Positions 27,504 through 35,626 of a stretch of DNA of 64,000 nt are shown here, one piece after another. The stretch comes from Eubacteriales bacterium (GTDB taxonomy: Bacteria > Bacillota > Clostridia > Saccharofermentanales > UBA5734). Every line of letters begins with the position of its first letter. The first letter of the stretch is position 1. A program made the position numbers and the translations under genes. The stretch covers positions 20,472-84,471 of the forward strand of contig JAQUDJ010000001.1 of NCBI GenBank assembly GCA_028685755.1, in the 5' to 3' direction. Below the pieces are notes generated by a model. The model had not been told where the DNA came from. It was given only the letters and a program-made list of their open reading frames with translations, and ran no database searches.

Positions 27504-28178
27504 TTAGGCGGGCTGGATCAAGCCATCTTCGACACGAATGATGCGTTTGGCCTGTGATGCAATGTGCGGATCATGGGTAATCATAACGATGGTTTTGCCT
27601 TCGGCGTTAAGGTCTTGAAAAAACTTGAGAATTTCTTGTCCGGTTTTACTGTCCAAGGCACCTGTTGGTTCATCGGCGAGAATGAGTGGGCAATTGCCGA
27701 CGAGGGCGCGAGCGATTGCAACACGCTGTTGCTGACCACCGGATAATTGATTCGGACGATGTTGCCAACGATCACCTAGCCCCACTCGTTCTAAGGTTGC
27801 GAGCGCTCTGGTTTTAGCTGAGTGACTGCTTTCACCTTGTATTAAAAGGGGGAGCTCGACATTGCGGAGGGCATTATATTTGGCAATCAGATTGAATTTC
27901 TGAAAGATAAAGCCGATCTTGCGATTACGAATACGAGCATAAAGGCGGTCCGATTGGTTGTGAATATCCACGCCATCAATGGTATAAGTCCCGCTGTCAA
28001 TGGTGTCAATTAGGCCTATGAGATTCATCAAGGTCGACTTACCGGAACCCGATGGTCCAAGGATGGCAACAAATTCGCCTGCTTCGACGGTCAGGGAGAC
28101 GCCTTTGAGGACATCAACTTTGCCTTCACCGCGGCCATAGGACTTGTAGATATCTTTCATTTCAATGATGGTGGACAT
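27504..28178 (-). CDS. ABC transporter ATP-binding protein (MacB/LolD type)
   Basis: RBS AAGGAGA precedes the ATG at 28178. Walker A GPSGSGKST, signature LSGGQQQR and Walker B LILADEPT. Confidence 0.93.
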   Translation of the reverse strand: MSTIIEMKDIYKSYGRGEGKVDVLKGVSLTVEAGEFVAILGPSGSGKSTLMNLIGLIDTIDSGTYTIDGVDIHNQSDRLYARIRNRKIGFIFQKFNLIAKYNALRNVELPLLIQGESSHSAKTRALATLERVGLGDRWQHRPNQLSGGQQQRVAIARALVGNCPLILADEPTGALDSKTGQEILKFFQDLNAEGKTIVMITHDPHIASQAKRIIRVEDGLIQPA

Positions 28179-28206
28179 CGCGTGTCTCCTTGTTTGTCGT
28201 TTCGAA

Positions 28207-28755
28207 TTAAACGCGTGGCGGAATAGCGAGAATTTTTTCGATGATCTCTGTGCCAGTTTTATAATAGACTTTGATCTGTGTGCCAACCGTCAGATCGTCA
28301 AGACCAATTTCCTCTTCGACAGGACCGGTAGTCGTTTCACTTGCGGTTGTTGGTTCGGTCGAGCGCACGCGTTTGACGATTAATGTGCCAACTGGGATCA
28401 CTATGCTGACCGTTTCCCCTGAGTATTCTTTGGCGATTGTTTCACTGGAAGCGCCTTTACCTGAACCTGGAGTACGGACGGCTTCAGTTTCTTCCGTTGT
28501 TTCATCAGCAACATATAAGCGAATAGTCACTTCGTTGCCGATAATTTCGCCAATTTCGCCGGAAATGTCGGCCATGACATTGGTCCCAACAGTGGTTGTA
28601 GCTTCATCAGCGGGTGCCGCTGCAGCAGTATCGCCGGCAGAAGCGGTGGTGGCGCTGGCAGCATTTGTGCTAGCGCTACAAGCAGTGACGGAAAAGGCTA
28701 AGGCCAAGATCAGGGCGAGTCCCATGATTTTCTGGATGATTTTGTTTGTTTTCAT
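28207..28755 (-). CDS. Secreted lipoprotein of unknown function inside the exporter operon
   Basis: Lipobox VTAC followed by an Ala/Thr-rich tether. This is followed by two beta-rich segments (GEIIGNEVTIRLYV; VGTQIKVYY) separated by an acidic Thr/Glu-rich linker. Confidence 0.6.
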   Translation of the reverse strand: MKTNKIIQKIMGLALILALAFSVTACSASTNAASATTASAGDTAAAAPADEATTTVGTNVMADISGEIGEIIGNEVTIRLYVADETTEETEAVRTPGSGKGASSETIAKEYSGETVSIVIPVGTLIVKRVRSTEPTTASETTTGPVEEEIGLDDLTVGTQIKVYYKTGTEIIEKILAIPPRV

Positions 28756-28814
28756 TTTTCTTCTCCTTGATGTGTGTTTTTTTTGTTTAATCGGGGTGAA
28801 TGGTTTGAGAGGTA

Positions 28815-30050
28815 TTATTCGTAATTAAGGGCGTCAATTGGCTTGAGGCCGGAGGCTTTGACGGCTGGGTAGAATCCGGAAATGATTCCTGTGATTACAG
28901 AGAAGCCGATACCGAGTAAAATACCGTCCACAGAGGGCATGAAACTGATATCTGTAAAGCTGAGTGCCCACGGTGCTATGGCACTGAGACCGGCGCCAAG
29001 TAGACCGCCAAATGCACTGATAAAGGTGGCCTCGAGGAGAAACTCAGCTAAGATAACCGGTCGTGCGGCACCGATACTTTTTAAAATGCCGATTTCTCGA
29101 GTGCGTTCTTGGACGGCAACCATTAGAACGTTCATGATTCCAATTCCGCTGACGAGCAGAACGATGATCGCCACAGCGATCAGCAAGGCGGACATTGTGC
29201 GGGCTGTGGCCTGGGCTGATTCAAGGACACTGCCTGCATCGGTGACCGAGTACACATCAGCAGACCCAATAGTGTCTTCGATATATTCTTGGATTTCAGT
29301 GATCGCCGGTTTCACGCTGTCGATGTCGTTCGCAAGAGCAACGAAACTGACTTGAGCGGCACTTGAGACACCGGATCTGGTTGTCCCTGAGGTATATTTG
29401 ATCGCAACATCATAGGGGATAAAGGCCATGTCATCGGCAGAAGTTGAGTCTGCCGAAACACTTGTTGAAATACCGCCACTCCCGCCGATACGATCGAGTA
29501 CGCCAACGACGGTAAATGAGGCGCCTTTGATTAGGACGGTCTGGTCGATGGCTGCTTCAATGTCACCATCAAAAAGATAGTTGGCCACGTTATAGCCGAG
29601 GACGGCATAACGGCTGCGCATCAACGAGTCCTCGTCAGTAAAAAGCGTGCCATAAAGCGGTTCAAGGTGCGTGATATCCGCATAGGCTTCGTTGATTCCT
29701 TGTATGGTGACCGCTGTTGAGATTGCACCTGCTGCAATTTCGGAGGATATTCGGGTGCTGACACCGACGCTCTCAACGTTTTGCAGAGATTCCGGCATGG
29801 CGAGGGCTTCGTCCTTCGAAAGCACCGCAGTAGTGGTTACACCGCTACCTCTGGCACGGGCGATTGTTATACTTTCAACAGAAAGCCGACTGTATTGATC
29901 CGCAACTTGGGCTTCGCCAGCTTTACCAATTCCAACGACGAGGATTATCGTAAAAGTACCAATTATAATGCCTAGTGATGTCAAAAAGACGCGGAATTTA
30001 TTGCTCGTGACACTTAAAAAGACGGAGCGAAGTATTTCTACGGGTCTCAT
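28815..30050 (-). CDS. ABC transporter permease (MacB-type: FtsX domain with a large extracytoplasmic domain)
   Basis: An N-terminal TM helix, an external domain of about 230 aa, and a C-terminal FtsX 3-TM bundle (REIGILKSIGA). Its start overlaps the adaptor gene stop as ATGA. Confidence 0.9.
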   Translation of the reverse strand: MRPVEILRSVFLSVTSNKFRVFLTSLGIIIGTFTIILVVGIGKAGEAQVADQYSRLSVESITIARARGSGVTTTAVLSKDEALAMPESLQNVESVGVSTRISSEIAAGAISTAVTIQGINEAYADITHLEPLYGTLFTDEDSLMRSRYAVLGYNVANYLFDGDIEAAIDQTVLIKGASFTVVGVLDRIGGSGGISTSVSADSTSADDMAFIPYDVAIKYTSGTTRSGVSSAAQVSFVALANDIDSVKPAITEIQEYIEDTIGSADVYSVTDAGSVLESAQATARTMSALLIAVAIIVLLVSGIGIMNVLMVAVQERTREIGILKSIGAARPVILAEFLLEATFISAFGGLLGAGLSAIAPWALSFTDISFMPSVDGILLGIGFSVITGIISGFYPAVKASGLKPIDALNYE

Positions 30051-31441
30051 TTGTCAAGACCACTCGTCACGACTTTTTCACCCGCGACAAGACCGGTGAT
30101 CACTTCGCTGACTGTCCCATTGGTCAAGCCGCAACTGACAGGGCGTTTTTCCAAGGTACCATCGTCGAGCTGGACCATTGCATACTGCTGATTTTCTTCA
30201 ATAAAAATCGCTTTGTTTGAGACGAGCAGAACAGCTTGCTTTTCCTTTTTGATATAGGTGACAAAAGTCGTCATACCATCGAGAATTCGTTCATCGGGGG
30301 CGTCGAAACTTCCGGTGACCAGGTAGGTTACGATTCCAGTGCTATCAATTTTGGGTACGGTGCTGATTTCAGTGATGCGGCCAGCCTGATTGACTAAGGC
30401 GAGGGCATCGACTGTGATCCGCATGGCCTGATCGACTTTTAGATCAGAAATATCGGTTTCGGTGATGCTCGCCGTGACAAGAACTTTGCCCGGTTCACTC
30501 AATGTAATCAACCCCGTCGTTGTCGTGGGGGTCGCAGCAGCGACGAGATCGCCGACATCGCCATTGACAGCTTTGATGACTCCGGCAAATGGCGCTTTGA
30601 GAGTCGAATTGTCAAAGGCAGATTGCGCTTCAGTTAATCTAGCTTTTGCATCTTCCACGCCAAATTGTGCGGTGGTGACAGCGGCATCGGAGCTTCTGAG
30701 GTAATCGACTTTGATCTTCTGAATATCGTAGTCTTGGCTTTCTTTCGTATAGATTGCCGGATTGTTTGCAATTTCTGCTTGAACTTCGAGGTAGGTGCGT
30801 TCGATTGGGATTAATTTCTGTTGTTCAAGAGCGATATTATAATCGCGGGTCGCGATCGCCGTCTCGAGGGCTATTTGGGCTTTTTCAATCGCCAGGTCGT
30901 CATCGGTCTCTTCGGCAATTTCTAAGGCAACTTCAGCATTGGCGACAGTCAGGTCTGAATTGATCAGGTAATTGATTTTCAAAATTTCTTGATTGTATGC
31001 TTCAATCGCTGTCTTTTGCGAATCATAAAGCTCACGTTCTAATGAAATGAGTCTGATTTCCTCGGTCGAGATTGTATAATTGCGTGATTTGATGGCTTCT
31101 GAAAGTGATTCTTCAGCTTTGGCGACATTAAGTTGTGCAGTTGTTAGCGCGGCAGCTAATTCGCTCGCATCAATCCGGGCAAGTGGATCACCGGCGGCGA
31201 CTGTTTGACCGGTGGTCACGAGAATTTCGGTGACCTTGCCTGTGACATCGAAATTAAGTTGACTGGTCGGCATCGAGACACGGCCATCGGCATACAATCC
31301 AATCAATAGATCGCCCTGCTTGACTGCCTGGGTGGCAATTTTAACCGAATCGGCGGACGTGTCACTGGCACAAGCCGCGGTGCTGATTAATATTGATGTT
31401 AGAAGAAGTAGGACAACGGGGACTTTTACTGAACGACGCAT
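30047..31441 (-). CDS. HlyD/MacA-type periplasmic adaptor lipoprotein with a long coiled-coil hairpin
   Basis: Lipobox STAAC. A lipoyl-like domain (GQTVAAGDPLARID), an extended coiled coil, and beta-barrel segments (APFAGVI). Confidence 0.88.
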   Translation of the reverse strand: MRRSVKVPVVLLLLTSILISTAACASDTSADSVKIATQAVKQGDLLIGLYADGRVSMPTSQLNFDVTGKVTEILVTTGQTVAAGDPLARIDASELAAALTTAQLNVAKAEESLSEAIKSRNYTISTEEIRLISLERELYDSQKTAIEAYNQEILKINYLINSDLTVANAEVALEIAEETDDDLAIEKAQIALETAIATRDYNIALEQQKLIPIERTYLEVQAEIANNPAIYTKESQDYDIQKIKVDYLRSSDAAVTTAQFGVEDAKARLTEAQSAFDNSTLKAPFAGVIKAVNGDVGDLVAAATPTTTTGLITLSEPGKVLVTASITETDISDLKVDQAMRITVDALALVNQAGRITEISTVPKIDSTGIVTYLVTGSFDAPDERILDGMTTFVTYIKKEKQAVLLVSNKAIFIEENQQYAMVQLDDGTLEKRPVSCGLTNGTVSEVITGLVAGEKVVTSGLDK

Positions 31442-31483
31442 TTATTCACATCCTCTTGCTTGATGTTTTAAGCATATGATTTA

Positions 31484-31499
31484 AATGTGTTGAAATTGT
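31484..31499 (+). promoter_or_regulatory. 16-nt motif AATGTGTTGAAATTGT (plus-strand copy)
   Basis: Read directly. 15 of 16 positions match the minus-strand copy at 31578-31593. Confidence 0.5.
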
Positions 31500-31577
31500 C
31501 AGAAGTATCTAAGCCTTGTGTGAATTTCCGGTCGCGAGGGAGGCTTGATTGTCATATTGAAGACTAGCTTTGCGATC

Positions 31578-31593
31578 ACATTTTCAACACATT
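31578..31593 (-). promoter_or_regulatory. 16-nt motif AATGTGTTGAAAATGT (minus-strand copy)
   Basis: The reverse complement of ACATTTTCAACACATT, read directly. Confidence 0.5.
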
Positions 31594-31612
31594 CTTCCGG
31601 CAAAATGGGCAT

Positions 31613-32293
31613 ATGAGTGAAGCGTTTTCGATCGATGAGCAGATCAAACAATGGCAAATCCGGCAAGATCCGCACGAGGCAGATCGGATTGTCACAGCCT
31701 ACCAGCCATTTATATTGAAAACGGTTTCGTCTTTGGCGGGCCGTTTTATTGAAGTTGAAAATGATGATGAATATAGCATCGGGTTACATGCGTTTTATGA
31801 GGCCATGCAACGATTTAGCCTGCAAAATGGCCACTTCTTAAGTTTTGCTCGCCTCGTTATGGCTAGTCGAATCAAAACATTCTGGCGTAAAAACAACAAA
31901 ACTTTCGCCCTCAATCTCGATGATCTGGAGATTTCGGATGCCTCGATCCGGGACTTGACTGGGGAGCTCAGCATGGCGGATGACATTATACTGTTTGCTC
32001 GCCAATTGCAGGTTTTTGGTTTGACATTAATGGATCTCGTCCAGGGCAGTCCCAAGCATCGTGACACACGCCAAGCCCTCTTGCAGATTGCCAAGCGATT
32101 AAGCAATTCTGAAGATTTACTCGCTTTTCTTTTTCAAAAAAAGCGTTTGCCGATTCAAGCGATGGCTAAGCGCTTTCACGTTAGTGGAAAGATCATCAAA
32201 AACCATAAACCCTTTTTAATTGCGATGACCATCATTTTTGCCAATCCTCATTCAGAGATCGCCGATTGGCTAAAATGGGTTCAGCGCCCATGA
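31613..32293 (+). CDS. sigI: RNA polymerase sigma-I factor
   Basis: YQPFILKTVSS...NDDEYSIGLHAFYEAMQRF and the C-terminal SPKHRDTRQALLQIAK...IKNHKPFLIAMTII closely parallel SigI-family proteins as recalled for Bacillus subtilis SigI. Confidence 0.85.
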   Translation: MSEAFSIDEQIKQWQIRQDPHEADRIVTAYQPFILKTVSSLAGRFIEVENDDEYSIGLHAFYEAMQRFSLQNGHFLSFARLVMASRIKTFWRKNNKTFALNLDDLEISDASIRDLTGELSMADDIILFARQLQVFGLTLMDLVQGSPKHRDTRQALLQIAKRLSNSEDLLAFLFQKKRLPIQAMAKRFHVSGKIIKNHKPFLIAMTIIFANPHSEIADWLKWVQRP

Positions 32294-32399
32294 ACCACAA
32301 AATAATTTTCTGCCGCTTTTAAAAAATGGTCCCGAAAATGAACAACCCTGTTGTATTGTTTGGTGAAGCTCAAAAAACTGCAAGATTGGAGGTAGAAAC

Positions 32400-33494
32400 A
32401 TGAATCGCTTAGGACTTGTTTTGCAAATAAGGCGCAATGACGTGGTTATTTTGTCAGAAGATCACGACTATTTAAAAATCCGGCGCCGTGATGGCATGGC
32501 AATCGGTCAGACGGTTCGTTTTTCACTTTCAGATGTTATTGAGCTCAAAACAATCAAATCGGAGGGTATTAACATGAGTAAAAAATGGATTACGGTCGCT
32601 GCAAGTCTAATGCTAGTCGCAGTCATCGGCATTGCTGGCGGGTTGGTTGGTTTAAATCTAGTAGCTGGTCCGAACAATTCTACGGACGTGCAAACAGGTT
32701 CTGTCGAAGTCGGCACAACTGCGCCTCAAGCTGCATCAGCAGTTGCTGCGATTATGGCAATTGATATTAATCCGAGCGTGGAATTGTCTTTGGATGCGAA
32801 CGGTATTGTTATTGAGGCAACCGCAACCAACGAGGACGGCGCGACCTTAGATCTCGTTTCATTGATTGGCATGACGGCTGATGCTGCCGTTGATTCGGTG
32901 GTTGCTCAAGCAATTGCCGGCGGATTTATTAATGCTGAAGACTTAGTCGAAGACTTTGTTGTCGTAACGACCGTTCAGCTCGATGAAACTGTTGAACCAC
33001 TATATGACTATTTGCAGACACGTCTGCACCAGCGGATCGATACAAGCGTCGAGCTCCAAGATGTTAGTTTAGCGCTTCTACAAGCGACTGAGCAGCAACG
33101 GATCCAAGCTCACACTGAAGAAGTTCCCCTAGGTTTGCAGCTGATGAATCAACGCGCCGAGGAACTCGGTTTGATGACCGCTGCGACAGTTCGCGAATTC
33201 TTTGGTAATCCTGAACTCGCAGCCCTCGCCGAAACTGAAGGCTTTATCTGGCGCCGAATTGGGACCGAATTAGGTCAAGGTGTCGGTGCTGGAGCGGGCA
33301 CGGGCGAAGGTGTTGGTCCGGTTGACGGCGCCGGTCCGGTTGACGGTGCAGGCCAAGGCGCTGGTCAGGGTGCTGGCATGCCGAGCGACACAAGCGGCAC
33401 AGGTGAACCAATTGGCACGGGCGAAGGTGCTGGTGGTGTGAATCGCGGTGGTGGCGGTGGCTTGAAGGATGGCAGTGGAGCTGGTCAGACGTAA
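32400..33494 (+). CDS. rsgI: Anti-sigma-I factor RsgI-like protein
   Basis: RBS GGAGG. RsgI_N-type start (GLVLQIRRNDVVILSEDHDYLKIRR), a single TM helix at about aa 63-88, the conserved juxtamembrane DINPSVEL segment, and a Gly-rich repetitive tail. Confidence 0.8.
   Translation: MNRLGLVLQIRRNDVVILSEDHDYLKIRRRDGMAIGQTVRFSLSDVIELKTIKSEGINMSKKWITVAASLMLVAVIGIAGGLVGLNLVAGPNNSTDVQTGSVEVGTTAPQAASAVAAIMAIDINPSVELSLDANGIVIEATATNEDGATLDLVSLIGMTADAAVDSVVAQAIAGGFINAEDLVEDFVVVTTVQLDETVEPLYDYLQTRLHQRIDTSVELQDVSLALLQATEQQRIQAHTEEVPLGLQLMNQRAEELGLMTAATVREFFGNPELAALAETEGFIWRRIGTELGQGVGAGAGTGEGVGPVDGAGPVDGAGQGAGQGAGMPSDTSGTGEPIGTGEGAGGVNRGGGGGLKDGSGAGQT
33315..33350 (+). repeat. Tandem 18-nt coding repeat (GPVDGA x2) within the Gly-rich tail of rsgI
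   Basis: GGTCCGGTTGACGGCGCC followed by GGTCCGGTTGACGGTGCA, then GQGAGQGAG-type repeats. Confidence 0.9.
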
Positions 33495-33530
33495 GATCAC
33501 AACTCGCCAACTGAATATTGGATGAAATAG

Positions 33531-33568
33531 CGCTCTGTGACAACGTTGCAGAGCGTTTTCTTTTTTTT
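33531..33568 (+). terminator. Rho-independent terminator after rsgI
   Basis: Stem CGCTCTG / CAGAGCG followed by TTTTCTTTTTTTT. Confidence 0.7.
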
Positions 33569-33578
33569 AGCTATTATC

Positions 33579-34130
33579 ATGAGCATGGATTGTACAAAAT
33601 GTTCAAGTAAGGGCTGCCGCGTTGCGACATCCACGCCTTGCCAAGATAATAGCGCGGCGTATAAGGCAGATTATCAGTCGGACGACATCCGCGAGTACAC
33701 AATGGCGGCGTCGGAGCTGATTGATAACGGTCGCGCCGGATCGTTGTCGCGTCTGCAGGAAATCATCGAATACGCAAAGCTCCGCGGTTATCGCGAAATC
33801 GGCTGTGCGTATTGCTACGGTATGGAGAAAGATGCAGGTCGCCTCCGAGAAATTCTCGTTGCGGCAGGTTTTGTCCCGCATATGGTTTCTTGCACTGTGG
33901 ATCAAGTTTTAGAAAAGGATCTCGACCCGACCAAGATTAAAGACACAATCTCCTGTAACCCTCTTGGCCAGGCGCATAAGCTGAATCAAATCGGTGTTGA
34001 ATTGACGCTCTTGATGGGTCTGTGTCTTGGGCACGATATGTTGCTTCAAAAGAATTTGGTGATGGATTTTACGACCTTTGTTGTCAAAGATCGGGTACAT
34101 CAGCACAACCCAATTGCCGCACTGGGATGA
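33579..34130 (+). CDS. DUF1847 family Cys-rich (probable metal-binding) protein
   Basis: N-terminal CTKCSSKGC plus CNPLGQA, GLCLGHD and VKDRVHQHNP, as recalled for DUF1847. The listed start at 33537 lies inside the upstream terminator. Confidence 0.65.
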   Translation: MSMDCTKCSSKGCRVATSTPCQDNSAAYKADYQSDDIREYTMAASELIDNGRAGSLSRLQEIIEYAKLRGYREIGCAYCYGMEKDAGRLREILVAAGFVPHMVSCTVDQVLEKDLDPTKIKDTISCNPLGQAHKLNQIGVELTLLMGLCLGHDMLLQKNLVMDFTTFVVKDRVHQHNPIAALG

Positions 34131-34137
34131 CACCACG

Positions 34138-34797
34138 ATGATCATTGAAGTTTGGTCTGACTTCGTTTGTCCTTATTGCTTTGTCGGCAAAAAACGGTTG
34201 GATGCTGCACTCGCATTAATTTCTGAAACTGAGACCAAGGCTGATATCGATGTTCACTTCCGGACTTTTCGGCTCGATGCTCATCGTGACAACTATGGTG
34301 GGATAAATTTACGCGATTCACTTGCGGCAAATGGCTACCAATCTGCCAAAGTCGATAAAATCCTCACGGTAACAGCCGCATTGGGTCGCGATGATGGACT
34401 TGAATTTAATTTAGATGCCGTAAAGCCGACCAATTCAACCGACGCCCATCGCCTCGGCCAGTATATTCGAACGATCAGCGCAGTTGCGGAAAGCGATTAT
34501 ATGAATCGCGTTTTTCAGGCCTATTTCATCGAAGGAAAAGTGATCAGCGACTACGATGTATTAGTTGAATTAGCTGTGGCCGCAGGTATAGACGAATCGC
34601 AAGCTCGCACTATCCTCAACGATCGGACCGCCTATCTTGACATCATCCGTGAGGACGAAAAAGATGCCTATGAAGTCTACTTTGATGTCGTACCTCACTT
34701 CCTATTCGACCGCAAAACAGCCCTATCCGCTGTCCACCCTGTCGAAGTCTATCGCAATACCATCATGCGAGCCCTGCAAAATGAAGAAGTTGGGTAA
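34138..34797 (+). CDS. DsbA family oxidoreductase (FrnE-like)
   Basis: The start MIIEVWSDFVCPYCFVGKKRL contains a CPYC thioredoxin-fold active site. Confidence 0.85.
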   Translation: MIIEVWSDFVCPYCFVGKKRLDAALALISETETKADIDVHFRTFRLDAHRDNYGGINLRDSLAANGYQSAKVDKILTVTAALGRDDGLEFNLDAVKPTNSTDAHRLGQYIRTISAVAESDYMNRVFQAYFIEGKVISDYDVLVELAVAAGIDESQARTILNDRTAYLDIIREDEKDAYEVYFDVVPHFLFDRKTALSAVHPVEVYRNTIMRALQNEEVG

Positions 34798-34865
34798 ATG
34801 GTGTCTAGCACGTGCTTGGTACGTGCCTGACACCGTTTACCCATCTCCCGTGTTAAACTGTTCAT

Positions 34866-35516
34866 ATGAAAAAGATTAATCATTTCTTCCTGTTTCTGGT
34901 TATTATTCTCTTAGTCTCTGCGGTTGGCACGTGGTTTTTGACAGTTGACCGGTGGTTGGTGCGAGTTGACGAGCCGCGTGAAAGCGATGTGGTTGTCGTG
35001 TTACTTGGGAGTATTCCTGACCGGATTATTGAGGCGGCTGATTTGTATCATCAGGATTATGCCGAGAAAATTGTCATGGTCGCCACGCATAAGCAGGGTT
35101 ATGACGTACTGTTGGCGCGTGGCGTTGATGTGCCTTTAGAGGAAACGTTGAATGCGGAGATTGCCCGTCAGCTCGATGTGCCTCCGGAAGCGATCGTGAT
35201 CATCCCCGGCGATTCACGCAGCACACAAGATGAGGCGGTCGTTTTGCGCGATTACCTTGCAACCCACTCCGAAATTGACTCGTTGATTCTCGTCACCTCC
35301 ACCTATCATTCCGGCCGCGCTGCCGTGATTCTTGAAAAGGCGTTCGAAACGCTTGAACGCCCGATCATACTGACAAGCGTCCCTACCCAATACGACGATT
35401 TTTCGACATCCCACTGGTGGGCTGATCGCAATCAGTTTAAATATGTAATCATGGAAACCCTAAAATATGTCCACTTTTACCTAATCGAGCAATTTGAATT
35501 GGGCAAGCAAGCTTAG
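34866..35516 (+). CDS. YdcF/DUF218 family protein
   Basis: An N-terminal TM helix followed by VVVLLG...DRI motifs and the ST-x-YH (TSTYHSGRA) motif of DUF218. Confidence 0.75.
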   Translation: MKKINHFFLFLVIILLVSAVGTWFLTVDRWLVRVDEPRESDVVVVLLGSIPDRIIEAADLYHQDYAEKIVMVATHKQGYDVLLARGVDVPLEETLNAEIARQLDVPPEAIVIIPGDSRSTQDEAVVLRDYLATHSEIDSLILVTSTYHSGRAAVILEKAFETLERPIILTSVPTQYDDFSTSHWWADRNQFKYVIMETLKYVHFYLIEQFELGKQA

Positions 35517-35626
35517 GGCTTTCACAAAATCCACACATTTTTCGATTAGGCTTGCAAAGTCGAACCTATTTCGCCAAAATATGCCACAGATGCCTCGATT
35601 CATTCATCAGGAAAGCAGGAACCCGC

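Noticed and set aside
28271-28828. A 185-aa plus-strand ORF antisense to the exporter-operon lipoprotein. Similar long antisense or alternative-frame ORFs occur at 5093-5638, 52196-52735, 57470-58081, 60683-61258 and 33244-33543.
   Set aside because: They lie entirely within better-supported genes, lack RBSs and have low-complexity or Ser/Arg/Pro-rich compositions. They are explained by the GC-rich Ala/Thr/Gly codon runs or the codon bias of the opposite strand.
32294-32399. A possible internal sigma-I-type promoter in the 106-nt sigI-rsgI spacer: an A-tract, GGTCCC, CGAA at 32333-32336, and ACAACCC at 32342-32348 followed by TGAA.
   Set aside because: Only partial matches, with wrong spacing relative to the A-tract/CCC -35 and CGWA -10 pattern as I recall it. 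This is not strong enough to call.
33290-33480. A repetitive Gly-codon region, considered as a possible CRISPR-like or intergenic repeat array.
   Set aside because: The repeats are short (9-18 nt), contiguous with no spacers, and in frame within rsgI. This is a coding low-complexity tail, not a CRISPR array.
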